DNA from: a bacterium
GTDB taxonomy: Bacteria > UBA8248
Length of the DNA stretch: 64,000 nt
Reading direction: 5' to 3'
NCBI GenBank assembly: GCA_965213625.1
Contig: CBDBZU010000004.1
Location: forward strand, 704,001-768,000
Positions within the stretch are counted from its first letter, which is position 1; the number at the start of each line of letters is the position of its first letter. A model generated the notes under the pieces. That model made no database searches, was not told the DNA's origin, and worked only from the letters and a program-made list of their open reading frames with translations. Of the stretch, positions 35,165 through 45,501 are shown piece after piece. A program made the position numbers and the translations under genes.

Positions 35165-36757
35165 TCAGGGAGAAGCTGTGGACGATACCGCCTCGGCGCT
35201 TCGCTTTACACGCTGCGCATCAAGCGCCGCCTGGCGAAGCGTTTCCACGTCCGCGCTCTTGGCGTCCTTCAAGACGGCCAACGCCAGTTCGAGGACCGTA
35301 TCCAGTTTTTTCTCGTCTGCCTTTTTCTTCTTCTTGTAGAGCGAAGTCTTCATCTCTTTTCTCCGCTCTCTAATCTCTTTTTTGGTAAGCGGCTGAGGCC
35401 CCGCCTCAACATCGGGCTGGATGCCTTTCTCGTGAATCAGGCGTCCGAGCGGGGTGTAGTATTTCGCCGTCGTCAACCGGACCGCCGCCGCACCCCGCGT
35501 GGGAATGATGGCCTGAACCGAGCCTTTGCCGAAGCTGGTCCTGCCGATGATCAGGGCGCGGTCCAGGTCCTGTAAGGCGCCAGCCACGATTTCGGACGCG
35601 CTCGCGCTGCCCTTGTTGATCAGCGCGACCATGGGCTTGCCCACCCATACACCGTTACCGCGAGAGCGGAAATACACCGTCTCGCTGCGTCTTCGCCCCC
35701 GTGTAAAGACAATCATACTTCCATCGGGCAGAAAACGTTCTGAGACCTGGACGGACTGGCGGAGAAAACCACCCGGGTTGTCGCGCAGGTCCAGCACGAT
35801 TCCCCTGACCTTCTTGCGAATCAACTTGTTGAGAGCCACGTCCAGTTCCCGCGTCGTTCGCCCATGAAATGCCGTGACCCGCAGATAGCCGATCTCACCC
35901 TCTTTCACTTCCGACTTCACGCTTTTAATGCTGATGATCGCGCGACGCAGCATCACGTTCCGGGGCTCGGGCCAACTGGCGCGCGAAATCAGCAAATCCA
36001 CCGTCTTGCCTGCAGGCCCTCTCATGCGGCGCACAACCTCGGACAGCAGCATGTCCTTAGTAGACGCGCCGTCGATTTCCAGAATCACGTCCTCGGACTT
36101 GAGACCCGCTCGGTGCGCGGGTGTGTCGTCGATGGGCGATATGACGGTTAGTTTCTTGTCCCGCACCGTGATGATGACGCCCACCCCGCCATAGCGGCCC
36201 GTATGCTCCACCCGCATCTGCTTGTAGGACTCGGGGGAGACGAACGTGCTGAAAGGATCCAGGGAACGCAGCATGGAAGTGAGCGCGGCGTACATGACGC
36301 GCAGCCCGCCCTTTTTTTTCTTCTTGGAATCCTCGGCGTTCGCCATCGCGAACCGATAGGCGCGCTCGAACCCGCCCAGCCCGCCATCGGTGTCTCCCCG
36401 GAGGCGAACCTGCAACTCCTTCTCCCCCGCCTTGAGGAGAACCTCGTCTCCCGCTTTTTCCTCGAAGTCGAAGCGCCCCTCACCCGCGCTTTTCTTGAGG
36501 CCTTCCAAACCCGCGACGTACATTTTCCTGAAATCGGGGGTGCGCGCATAACTATCGTCCACCTTCTGCATGACTTCATACAGGAGGGCGATGGCCTCTT
36601 CCTGATCGCTTGAGAGCGAAGAGACGAGGCTCGCGGAGAGCACCGCAGCCAAAAGAGTGAGACATATCGTAATATGCTTCGCGCGCCGGACGCCGCCAGC
36701 GCGTGAACGGAAAAGATGGGATAAGCGAATGCGCCTTATCGACATGGGCCGTTCCAA
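35165..36757 (-). CDS. ctpA: C-terminal processing peptidase, S41A with PDZ domain
   Basis: LDPFS, GGVG, PA.RAGL, LDLRDNPGG, SASASEIVAGALQD, SFGKGSVQ, TTAKYYTP.GR.I. Confidence 0.9.
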   Translation of the reverse strand: MERPMSIRRIRLSHLFRSRAGGVRRAKHITICLTLLAAVLSASLVSSLSSDQEEAIALLYEVMQKVDDSYARTPDFRKMYVAGLEGLKKSAGEGRFDFEEKAGDEVLLKAGEKELQVRLRGDTDGGLGGFERAYRFAMANAEDSKKKKKGGLRVMYAALTSMLRSLDPFSTFVSPESYKQMRVEHTGRYGGVGVIITVRDKKLTVISPIDDTPAHRAGLKSEDVILEIDGASTKDMLLSEVVRRMRGPAGKTVDLLISRASWPEPRNVMLRRAIISIKSVKSEVKEGEIGYLRVTAFHGRTTRELDVALNKLIRKKVRGIVLDLRDNPGGFLRQSVQVSERFLPDGSMIVFTRGRRRSETVYFRSRGNGVWVGKPMVALINKGSASASEIVAGALQDLDRALIIGRTSFGKGSVQAIIPTRGAAAVRLTTAKYYTPLGRLIHEKGIQPDVEAGPQPLTKKEIRERRKEMKTSLYKKKKKADEKKLDTVLELALAVLKDAKSADVETLRQAALDAQRVKRSAEAVSSTASP

Positions 36758-36867
36758 TGGTTAGGGTTCATCGGATGGCTTCGCATGGTACATCATACCA
36801 CAGCCCGGCGGTATGCACCGCCCCAGCGCCATTTAGAGAAAAACCGGTTCCATAGAAGGATTGAGCG

Positions 36868-37548
36868 ATGATCTCCATCGTCGTGCCCGTGCTGAACGAA
36901 GCGCCCAGGCTGCCCGCCATGTTCGAGATGCTCGACGCCCAGCCGGGGGAGAAGCAAATTATCATCGCCGACGGGGGGAGTACGGACGATACACGCGACG
37001 TGGCGGAGGGGCGCGCTCTTATCGTCGAATCAGATCCCGGCCGCGCTCGCCAGATGAACGCGGGCGCAGCCCATGCAGCAGGTGAGACGATCCTGTTTCT
37101 ACACTGCGACACGAAGCTGCCCGCAGGGGCGTTACGGGAAATCGAAGACGTCATACGCGCGAGCGACGTGGCGGGCGGGGGCTTTCTCCACAGCTTCGAC
37201 AGAGACGACAGCTTCAGCCGCTTCATCAGCTTCAGCGCGAACACGCGCGCGAAGATGGCGAAACTCTTCTTCGGCGATCAGTGCATCTTCATCCGGCGCG
37301 AGGCCTTCGAGCGCATGGGCGGCTACGCCGACATGCCGCTGTTCGAGGATTGGGACCTGAGCAGGCGGATGCGGGCTTTCGGGCGCACCGCCGTCATCGA
37401 GACGCCCGTCGTCACGAGCGGGCGGCGCATGGACGTATGGGGCAAGCCCAAGTGCCTCGTCATCTGGTGGGGGTTGAGCATCCTCTTCGCGCTGGGCGTA
37501 TCGGCGGAGCGCCTCGCCCGGTATTACGCGCACGTGCGCGACGCGTGA
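36868..37548 (+). CDS. GT2 glycosyltransferase, TIGR04283-like
   Basis: ISIVVPVLNE, DGGSTDDT, GRARQMNAGA, FLH.DT.LP, FGDQ..F, PLFED, TSGRR. Confidence 0.85.
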   Translation: MISIVVPVLNEAPRLPAMFEMLDAQPGEKQIIIADGGSTDDTRDVAEGRALIVESDPGRARQMNAGAAHAAGETILFLHCDTKLPAGALREIEDVIRASDVAGGGFLHSFDRDDSFSRFISFSANTRAKMAKLFFGDQCIFIRREAFERMGGYADMPLFEDWDLSRRMRAFGRTAVIETPVVTSGRRMDVWGKPKCLVIWWGLSILFALGVSAERLARYYAHVRDA

Positions 37549-37696
37549 TGCGCGCGTTTTCACTGATAACCTTGCATCCCACTGCCCAGGGGATGATATA
37601 TTGCGCCTGAAATCATCACCCATTCGCAGGTAGCGATTCAATAACCTCATCCGCGCTGGTCATGGATTTGGCGCGGATGACGGCGGGAGGCGAGGA

Positions 37697-39763
37697 ATGC
37701 GATTCGCGGTCGATACGGGCGGGACCTTCACCGACCTCGTGCTCGAGGACAACCGGGGCCGTCTCCATATGTTCAAGGCCCCCACGACGCCCCAGGACCC
37801 TGTCGAGGGCATTCTCGCGGCGATAGAGGCCGCAGCCGTTGCGCTCTCGACGAGCATCGGCGAACTCCTCGCCCAGGGCGAACTCTTCATCCACGGCACC
37901 ACCCACGCCACCAACGCCATCGTGACGGGCAACACGGCCAGGACCGCCTTCCTCACCACGAAGGGACACCCCGACATTCTCGTGCTGCGCGAGGGCGGGC
38001 GCATGGAGCCGTTCAACTTCTTAGTACCCTTCCCCAAGCCTTACGTCCCACGCGCACTCACCTTCGAGGTGCCCGAGCGCATCGGCGCTGACGGCAGCGT
38101 GTACGAACCGCTCGATGAGGCGGGCGTCATCGCCATTATCGAAGAGCTCAAAGAAAAAAAGGTGGAGGCGGTGGCCGTCTCTCTCTTGTGGTCCACGGTG
38201 AACGCAGCACACGAAATCGGCGTGGGCAAACTGCTGAAAAAACATTTGAAGGGTGTGCCCTTCACCTTATCCCACGTTCTGAACCCGATTCTGCGCGAAT
38301 ACCGCAGGGCTTCTTCCACCTGCATCGACGCTTCCTTGAAGCCCCTGATGTCGCGTTACATCGGCGGGCTGCAAGAGCGCCTCAAGGCGGCGGGCTTCGG
38401 CGGACGGCTCCTGATGCTGACGTCGAAGGGCGGCGTGATGGACGCAGACGAACTCGCCGAAGCGCCCATCCATTCGGTGGGTTCGGGACCCTCGATGGCG
38501 CCCATCGCGGGCAGGCACTTCTCCCGCGCAGACGCCAAGGCCGCTACGGCGATTGTGGCCGACACAGGCGGCACCACCTATGACGTGAGCCTCGTGCGAC
38601 GGGGCGAAATACCCATGTCGCCCGAAACCTGGCTCGGCCAGCGCTACCGGGGCCACATTCTGGGATTCCCCTCGGTGGACGTGAAGAGCATCGGCGCGGG
38701 GGGCGGGAGCATCGCCTGGGTGGATGAGGGCGGACTCTTACACGTCGGGCCGCAGAGCGCGGGCGCGGAACCGGGCCCCGCCTGCTACGGCCGGGGCGGC
38801 GCGCGGCCCACGCTCACGGACGCATCTTTGGTGCTCGGCCACATCGACCCGGATTATTTTTTGGGCGGGGCGATGACGCTCAGCCTCTCGGAAGCCGAGA
38901 AAGCCATATCGAGAGACGTGGCCGAACCGCTGGGGCTATCCCTCCAGGAGGCGGCCTCGGCCATTTTGAGACTTGCGACGGAAAACATGGTGGGCGCGAT
39001 CGAGGAGATCACCATCCACCAGGGCATCGACCCGAGGGGCGCGGTTCTTATCGGCGGCGGCGGGGCGGCGGGCCTGAACTCGGTCGCCATCGCCAAGCGG
39101 CTCGGCTGTCAGGGACTCGTGATTCCGGAAGTGGGCGCGGCGCTCTCCGCAGCGGGCGCGATGATGAGCGACTTACACGCCGATTACCGCTCGATGTTCT
39201 TCACCATCACGGACAGGTTCGACTTCAAGGGCGCCAACGCGATTTTGAAAACACTCGGCGACAGGTGCCGCGCCTTCATCAAAGGCCCCGGCAAGGGGGC
39301 GGTGGAGAGCGCGACGGAGTTTTACGTCGAAGCGCGCTACAAGCACCAGATATGGGAGATCGATCTGGGGCTGCCCATCAACCGCTTCCACTCGAAAAAA
39401 GACGTTGAGCGCACACGAGCGGCCTTCGACAAAGTGCACGAGGAGGTGTTCGCCTTCCGCGACCCGTCTTCGGAGGTAGAGTTCGTCGGCTGGCGCGCCG
39501 TGGCGCGGTGCAAACTGAGAAAGGGCCGCCTCGGCAGGCTCGTGCGCGAGACGATTCACGAAACGACACTGCCCAAGAGGCGGGAGGCCTACTTCGCGGG
39601 CAAGGGACTCGTGAACGCGCGCGTGGCGGCGTTCGATGCCATGAAGGCGGGTGCGGCGATGCGCGGGCCGGCCATCATCGAATCACCGTTCACGACGGTG
39701 GTCATCGACCCCGGCGCCAAGGCCGAGCGCACGAGAAGCGGCAGTCTGTTCATCACGCTCTAG
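37697..39763 (+). CDS. hydantoinase/oxoprolinase A subunit (ATP-binding)
   Basis: VDTGGTFTD, HGTT.ATNA, REY.R.S, SGP, DTGGTTYD, SIGAGGGS, SAGAEPGPACYGRGG. Confidence 0.93.
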   Translation: MRFAVDTGGTFTDLVLEDNRGRLHMFKAPTTPQDPVEGILAAIEAAAVALSTSIGELLAQGELFIHGTTHATNAIVTGNTARTAFLTTKGHPDILVLREGGRMEPFNFLVPFPKPYVPRALTFEVPERIGADGSVYEPLDEAGVIAIIEELKEKKVEAVAVSLLWSTVNAAHEIGVGKLLKKHLKGVPFTLSHVLNPILREYRRASSTCIDASLKPLMSRYIGGLQERLKAAGFGGRLLMLTSKGGVMDADELAEAPIHSVGSGPSMAPIAGRHFSRADAKAATAIVADTGGTTYDVSLVRRGEIPMSPETWLGQRYRGHILGFPSVDVKSIGAGGGSIAWVDEGGLLHVGPQSAGAEPGPACYGRGGARPTLTDASLVLGHIDPDYFLGGAMTLSLSEAEKAISRDVAEPLGLSLQEAASAILRLATENMVGAIEEITIHQGIDPRGAVLIGGGGAAGLNSVAIAKRLGCQGLVIPEVGAALSAAGAMMSDLHADYRSMFFTITDRFDFKGANAILKTLGDRCRAFIKGPGKGAVESATEFYVEARYKHQIWEIDLGLPINRFHSKKDVERTRAAFDKVHEEVFAFRDPSSEVEFVGWRAVARCKLRKGRLGRLVRETIHETTLPKRREAYFAGKGLVNARVAAFDAMKAGAAMRGPAIIESPFTTVVIDPGAKAERTRSGSLFITL

Positions 39764-39772
39764 GAGCAGGAT

Positions 39773-41575
39773 ATGGCGAGAGCAACAACGAGACGCGCGA
39801 AGCAAAAGACGAAACTAGACCCCATCACCCTGGCGGTGCTGCACAAGCGCTTCGACGCCGTGACCACCAAGATGGCGAACACGCTCCTACGCACGGGTCG
39901 CTCGGGCGTGCTGAACCTCGCGCGCGATTTCTCGACCTCCGTCGTGACGCGCGAGTGCGAACTGCTGACGGGCGCGGAATCGCTGCCAATCCACCACTTA
40001 AGCGGGGCGGACCTGATGGCCCGCTCGATGATGGACCTACACCCGAACCTGAAGCGCGGCGACGCCTATCTCCACAACTCGCCCTACCACGGCTGCTCGC
40101 ACCCGGCGGACCACACCATCCTCGTGCCCGTCATCGACAAGCGGGGCGAGCACCAGTTCACCGTGTGGGTGAAGGCACACCAGGCGGATTGCGGGTGCAG
40201 CCAGCCCACCACCTACATGGGCCACGCGCGCGACGTGTACGAGGAGGGCGCGCTCATCTTCCCGCCCACCAAGGTGCAGACGAACTACGAAGACAACGAG
40301 GATTTCATCAACTTCTGCCGGATGCGCATCCGCGTGCCCGAGCAGTGGTACGGCGATTACCTCGCCATGATAGGCGCGGCCCGAATCGGCGAGCGCGAGG
40401 TGCTCGCCATGGGCGATGAATACGGCTGGGAGACGCTGCACGACTTCTCGAAAGAGTGGTTCGACTACAGCGAGAAGCTCATGATCTCCGCCATCAAGAA
40501 ACTCCCCACGGGCGAGGCCACCACCCACAGCACGCACGACCCCGTACCCGGCACGCCCGATGAGGGCATTCCCATCACCGCGCACGTGCGGATCGACAAC
40601 AAGAAGGCCACCATCGAGGTGGATTTAACGGACAACCCGGACGCCATGCCCTGCGGCCTGAACCTGAGCGAGGCATGCGCGCGCACCGGCGCGATGATAG
40701 GCGTGTTCAACAGCATCGACGACATCGTGCCCACGAACGCGGGCAGCTTCCGCCGCGTGAACGTGCTGATTCGAGACGGCTCCGTCGCGGGCGGGGGCAA
40801 GCACCCCACTTCGATGTCCGTCGCCACCACCAACCTCGCCGACCGGGTGACGAACCCCGTGCAGCGCGCGTTCTCGAAGATTCAGGACGGCATCGGCCTA
40901 GCCGAGTGCGGGCCGATTTTCCCGGCTTCGATGGGCGTCATCTCGGGTTTCGACCCCAGGAACGACAACGAACCCTTCGTGAACCACCTGTTCCTCATGG
41001 TCACGGGCGGCGCGGGCGCGGGGAAAACCGACGCCTGGCTCACCATTCTCCACGCGGGCAACGCAGGCATGTGCTTCGTGGACAGCATCGAGCTGGACGA
41101 GCTCCACTTTCCCATCTACATCAAGACGCGCAGGCTCATGCCCGACACCGAGGGTGCGGGGCGGACGATTGGCGCGCCTTCGGGCTATTGCGAATACGGC
41201 CCCGTGGGCGGGGGGGACCTGGAAGTCGTCTACGTCTCGGACGGCGCGGTAAACGCTTCCAAGGGAACGCTCGGCGGGCTGAACGGTGCGGTCTGCCAGA
41301 ACTACCTCATGCGCGAGGACGGCTCTCTGGAAGACCTGCCCGGCTGTGCGGACATTATTCTCAAACCCGGCGAGAACGTGGCGTCCTACTGCACGGGCGG
41401 GGGCGGCTACGGCCCCCCGCACGAGCGGCCCGTCGAGAAGGTGCGCGAAGACGTGGAAGAGAAGTGGATCACCAAGGAGCGCGCCTGGAAGGTCTACGGC
41501 GTCGCTATCGACGAGCAAGGCGAGGTGGATACGGCCAAGACCAGACGGAGAAGGAAGCGGTTGGGTAAGAAGTAG
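39773..41575 (+). CDS. hydantoinase B/oxoprolinase subunit
   Basis: DPITLAV, RT.RS, NSPYHG.SH.AD, AH.AD.G, YEEG, GGGGYG.P.ER. Confidence 0.93.
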   Translation: MARATTRRAKQKTKLDPITLAVLHKRFDAVTTKMANTLLRTGRSGVLNLARDFSTSVVTRECELLTGAESLPIHHLSGADLMARSMMDLHPNLKRGDAYLHNSPYHGCSHPADHTILVPVIDKRGEHQFTVWVKAHQADCGCSQPTTYMGHARDVYEEGALIFPPTKVQTNYEDNEDFINFCRMRIRVPEQWYGDYLAMIGAARIGEREVLAMGDEYGWETLHDFSKEWFDYSEKLMISAIKKLPTGEATTHSTHDPVPGTPDEGIPITAHVRIDNKKATIEVDLTDNPDAMPCGLNLSEACARTGAMIGVFNSIDDIVPTNAGSFRRVNVLIRDGSVAGGGKHPTSMSVATTNLADRVTNPVQRAFSKIQDGIGLAECGPIFPASMGVISGFDPRNDNEPFVNHLFLMVTGGAGAGKTDAWLTILHAGNAGMCFVDSIELDELHFPIYIKTRRLMPDTEGAGRTIGAPSGYCEYGPVGGGDLEVVYVSDGAVNASKGTLGGLNGAVCQNYLMREDGSLEDLPGCADIILKPGENVASYCTGGGGYGPPHERPVEKVREDVEEKWITKERAWKVYGVAIDEQGEVDTAKTRRRRKRLGKK

Positions 41576-41631
41576 AGACCGAACGTCTACCGCCCTATCG
41601 GGTGGATTATCCAGAACAGGTTATTTGAAGT

Positions 41632-41659
41632 GTAGGTGACGCATACATGCGTCCCGTAG
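41632..41659. repeat. GTAG-type REP-like palindrome
   Basis: GTAGGT-GACGCAT-AC-ATGCGTC-CCGTAG. Confidence 0.55.
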
Positions 41660-41709
41660 CCTTTAATCGTCTTTCTTCCAAGATGATTTTATACTGAATA
41701 TTGAAACTC

Positions 41710-42786
41710 TTAAACTTGGTAAATTTCTTTTATCTGTTGTTGCGACAATAGCCTTTCGTAAGTTTCCAACACGCGATAAATCTTATAAGTCTCAACAGAA
41801 TCCAACTTTCCAAAGGTCACGGGTTGTGTGTCGGACACGTGGTTTCCGGCCATGCGATTCAGCTGTGCTCGCCATGATTGCCCGACCTGTTCACGATGCA
41901 GCGTCGAAAACCGAAAGCGGAGCAGAGCAACGCCCAAGTAGCCGAGCCAGTCCTCTCGACCACCAGCTACTTTTTCATCGCATGATCGTTCAAACCAACG
42001 GAGTACCGCGTCCTTTCTAATTTCCAGCAGGTTGGCTTTAGCGAGAACTTCTGCGAGACGATCGGATTCAGCTTTGCGGAGAGGGATCAACCCTCTTGAT
42101 ACCCTCCGGGTGGGTGCTATCAATTCGTTCGGCCACTCCTCCGCCGTATAGTCCCATGTGGAAAGTGGAATGTTGCGCGCTATGAGCAAAAGGCCTACGC
42201 GTAAATGAAGATTATTGGATAAATTTATTCTCCAGCGCCAATGATTCAAGGCTGAAAGGTGGCAAATCTTCTCGAATCCATTACCGATGTTTCGCTCAAG
42301 AAAGCCCGGATGCTTTTCTTTGATGTTTTTCATAAGCCTTCTATTTTCTAATAATCTTTTTCGTCGTTTTTCCTCATCCTTTTGACTGTCTTGGTCATAC
42401 CATTTACTCCATGCTTTATTGACCTTATCTCGATCCGATTCGGACAAACCAGAACGGCGCAACGTGAGAGCCAAAAATTCCCGTAGAGACGGTAGCCATC
42501 CCAGACGATATTCCTTTTCTATAGCCACTAGGTCGGCGTTGCCGAGCACTTCGGCGAGACGCTCAGATTTGGCGGCTCCGAGCCTCCATCGCGTCCATGA
42601 AGCCAACTCCGTCGGCCATCTCGTCGTCGTATGGTCCCACGCGGCGAGCGGAACGCCGTGCGCAATAAGGGCTAAGCCCACGCTCAGATGATGGTTCCGG
42701 CAGGTCGTGCAGGCAGGATCCAGGCACCAGCGGTCCAAGGAAGCAAGACTGCAAAGCTCCTCGAACGGGTTCGCATCAATGCTCAT
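41710..42786 (-). CDS. hypothetical protein with an internal tandem domain duplication
   Basis: FEELCSL...L.VGL.LIA..VPL..WD.T...WP.EL...SERLAEVL..A.L..I occurs twice; start overlaps the upstream stop (ATGA). Confidence 0.7.
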   Translation of the reverse strand: MSIDANPFEELCSLASLDRWCLDPACTTCRNHHLSVGLALIAHGVPLAAWDHTTTRWPTELASWTRWRLGAAKSERLAEVLGNADLVAIEKEYRLGWLPSLREFLALTLRRSGLSESDRDKVNKAWSKWYDQDSQKDEEKRRKRLLENRRLMKNIKEKHPGFLERNIGNGFEKICHLSALNHWRWRINLSNNLHLRVGLLLIARNIPLSTWDYTAEEWPNELIAPTRRVSRGLIPLRKAESDRLAEVLAKANLLEIRKDAVLRWFERSCDEKVAGGREDWLGYLGVALLRFRFSTLHREQVGQSWRAQLNRMAGNHVSDTQPVTFGKLDSVETYKIYRVLETYERLLSQQQIKEIYQV

Positions 42787-43178
42787 ATGTGGTTCCTCTT
42801 CTCAAAGCATCCGGCCTCTCTTCCCCTGCGAAAGGTTCGTCGCTGGTCCGCACGGCTCGATGGATAACAGGTGAGAATCACACAATCCACCATCACGATC
42901 TTGAGTTGCTTTCCGCTCAGGCGATCAATCTGTCGAATCTCACCTTCAAGAACGGCAATCTGGCGATCTATAGCCCCCGCCCGTGGAAATCTGTGTTTCA
43001 GCCGCTGGACAATGCGCTTACGCGCAGTGATTTCACGATTCGCATCTTTCCGCCTTATGAGCCACTCGGCGGGGCCAATCTGCGTCCCCCATGTCAACAC
43101 CATTTCGACATCCTCATCCCGAACCGCGCGCTGGCTCATGCGTGTCATGGCGTGGTCGGTTATTTTGTAATTAGGCAT
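42783..43178 (-). CDS. DUF4258-like small protein (possible RNase toxin fold)
   Basis: ITDHAMTRMSQRAV....VE.VL..G...ILTCY; AAGGAG RBS before ATG 43178. Confidence 0.65.
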   Translation of the reverse strand: MPNYKITDHAMTRMSQRAVRDEDVEMVLTWGTQIGPAEWLIRRKDANREITARKRIVQRLKHRFPRAGAIDRQIAVLEGEIRQIDRLSGKQLKIVMVDCVILTCYPSSRADQRRTFRRGREAGCFEKRNHI

Positions 43179-44124
43179 TTTCGTCTCCTTTCTTGGAGAA
43201 TTCATCGGTATCACCAGAAATATCAAGAGAACCAATCCAGTTTTCATATTCAGACCAGTCCTCATCGGGCACTTTCGATTCCAGCCATTTGACGCGCTTG
43301 GTAGTAACATCCTCATCTACCCCCCGAAGCTCTTTGGGTATTTTGCTTATACGAGTATATCCATGCGAAAGGGCGTGAGCGGCCCGAGCGGAGTCGCCCG
43401 TGAGGCTTTTTCGGTATGACTCGAAAAGACTGAAACTCGGCAAATCGTCGAAATTGCCGAGATTATGGATTTCCTCAGGCTCGATTGCGTCGTTGTCGGG
43501 GAGGCTTTTGGCCTGTTCGATCAGGAAGTCGTTGAAGGGGTTTCGGACATCTTCATTATAGTAACTTTCGTTTAAATCGTGCTTATCTATATGGCGCGTG
43601 AAGATATCGCGCTGGCCAATAGATGCTTTCTCTTCGTCGAGTGCCGGCCAGTTGCGCTCAATGAGGTGATTAGGGAAATCTTCTAAAGCTGCTTCCAGTT
43701 CCTCAAGACGGCGACGGCGTTCGGCTAGACTCATCTCGGCAAAAAGGGTGAAGAGCAACGGCGCCGTTTTTATGATCTGCCTCGTTTCAACGCCGTACTG
43801 CTCCGCCACTAAGCCGTACGTGAGGATCGTTTCGCCATCGAGTACCAGTTTGATTGGCCGCAAGCCGTATTTTTGAAGTTCCTGCTCTCGCACCGCTTCG
43901 GACTCAGGCTCCTGAGCCAGTATCTCAGGCTTGACCCGTAAGGCTTTAGCAAGTTCCTGCACGGTAGAGCCACGTGTCCCACCTCCTTTTCCGCTTTCGA
44001 TACGGGCAATCGTTTTTTTCGAGACGCCCGTTTCAGTTGCATCCGCTAACGTCTGCTGACTGAAACCGTTTTTATTCCGTAACTTCTTGAGGGTTTCTGG
44101 ATTAATTTGCATTGCAATCTCCAT
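43171..44124 (-). CDS. XRE-family HTH protein with a long acidic C-terminal domain
   Basis: LKKLR.KNGFSQQTLA...GVSKKTIARIESG......TVQELAKAL.V. Confidence 0.85.
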   Translation of the reverse strand: MEIAMQINPETLKKLRNKNGFSQQTLADATETGVSKKTIARIESGKGGGTRGSTVQELAKALRVKPEILAQEPESEAVREQELQKYGLRPIKLVLDGETILTYGLVAEQYGVETRQIIKTAPLLFTLFAEMSLAERRRRLEELEAALEDFPNHLIERNWPALDEEKASIGQRDIFTRHIDKHDLNESYYNEDVRNPFNDFLIEQAKSLPDNDAIEPEEIHNLGNFDDLPSFSLFESYRKSLTGDSARAAHALSHGYTRISKIPKELRGVDEDVTTKRVKWLESKVPDEDWSEYENWIGSLDISGDTDEFSKKGDENA

Positions 44125-44385
44125 GTTGAGAAATCCTAGTTCCTTCCTTCTGGGAAATAATATACGTCCTCATATACCATAGTCGCAATACCAAATATGA
44201 AGTTAATTACATCAATATTTAATGTTTTTAATTGAGGATATACCGATATATGTCCGCATAATGAGAAATTATAGGAGTCATTATATCGACGGCCCTGGAA
44301 GATACACATTCTCTAGACACTTTGGGGACAATCCCACCGCTCAAAGCGGATCGCCAATTCTACGTAATCATCCACTCTTGTCGCT

Positions 44386-44520
44386 CTGGATTCCGGCATG
44401 CGCCGGAATGACGGTGATATCGAGGTTTTGAGTCTGTAGGGACAGGTCGCGACCTGTCCCTACGGTTGCTCTACAAAGATTTCCCGCAACATACGGGCGG
44501 ACACGTAGGTCCGCCCCTAC
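44386..44520. repeat. cluster of three REP-like palindromes
   Basis: CTGGATTCCGGC-ATGC-GCCGGAATGAC (44386-44412); perfect 28-bp palindrome GTAGGGACAGGTCGCGACCTGTCCCTAC (44436-44463); GGGCGGAC-ACGTAG-GTCCGCCCCTAC (44495-44520). Confidence 0.8.
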
Positions 44521-44737
44521 CAGAACCATCACGCTCAAAAATCGCAAAACCTTCTCTCCTCGGTCGGCAATTCCTCGCTTCTCGCTCTGCAATCGCTCCC
44601 GCATGGGTCGCGATTGACCCACCCCTTCCCCATCACACCAAAGGGCGGTATCATGCCCGCAAAAATCGAGACGCAATCTTTATCAGGGACATCTCGCTTC
44701 CGGGGCGATCCGGAAGCGTCGCAGGGAGGAAATACCC

Positions 44738-45481
44738 ATGAAGCTAAAGGACAAGGTCGCCATCGTCACGGGCGGCTCGCAGGGAATCGGCGAGGCCGTC
44801 TGCCGCCGTTTCGCGGAAGAAGGCGCCAAGGTCGCGGTCGTGAACAGAACGGCGGAAAAAGGAGAGGCGCTGGCGGCGGAAATAGGCGATGCGGCCAGGG
44901 CGTTCCCGTGCGACGTGTCGGTAAAGTCGGCGGTGGACGCCATGGTGGCCGACGTGGTGGAGGCGTTCGGCACGGTGGACATCCTCGTCGGCAACCACGG
45001 CATCATGATCAACAAGGAACTCGAAGCCTACAGCGAGCAGGAATGGGACGACACCATCGACATTAATCTCAAGGGCAACTTCCTGCTCTCCCAGGCCGTC
45101 GTGCCCATCATGAAGGAGAAGAAGTACGGGAAGATCGTCTTCATGGCCTCCATCGCCGCCACCCACGCCTTTCCCAACGCGGTGCCCTACTGCGCGAGCA
45201 AGGGCGGGGTGTACATGATCACGCGCGCGCTGGCCGCGGAGATATCCAAATGCGGCATCAACGTGAACTGCATCTCGCCGGGCAACACGGCCACGCCGCT
45301 GAACCAGCACCTACAGGACGACCCCGAGTTCGTGAAGCTCATGGCGAGCTACACCCCAACGGGCCGGGCCTACATCACCACGGCGGAGATGGCGGGCGCC
45401 GCGGTGTTCCTGGCCTCGGACGACGCGAGCGCGGTGCACGGCCTGGACCTCATCGTGGACGACGGCTGGTGCGCGATTTAG
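44738..45481 (+). CDS. short-chain dehydrogenase/reductase
   Basis: TGGSQGIG, YCASK, VN.ISPG. Confidence 0.93.
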   Translation: MKLKDKVAIVTGGSQGIGEAVCRRFAEEGAKVAVVNRTAEKGEALAAEIGDAARAFPCDVSVKSAVDAMVADVVEAFGTVDILVGNHGIMINKELEAYSEQEWDDTIDINLKGNFLLSQAVVPIMKEKKYGKIVFMASIAATHAFPNAVPYCASKGGVYMITRALAAEISKCGINVNCISPGNTATPLNQHLQDDPEFVKLMASYTPTGRAYITTAEMAGAAVFLASDDASAVHGLDLIVDDGWCAI

Positions 45482-45501
45482 AGCGGGACTGACAAACCGA
45501 T

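Noticed and set aside
37546-37566. Sec read-through at the glycosyltransferase stop (TGA TGC)
   Set aside because: The protein is already full length, the extension is only a few codons and there is no convincing SECIS-like hairpin.
37572-37602. MerR-like promoter (TTGCAT-19 nt-TATATT with CATCCC/GGGATG dyad) before hydantoinase A
   Set aside because: The dyad is short and may simply be a hairpin after the upstream gene; no MerR gene is nearby.
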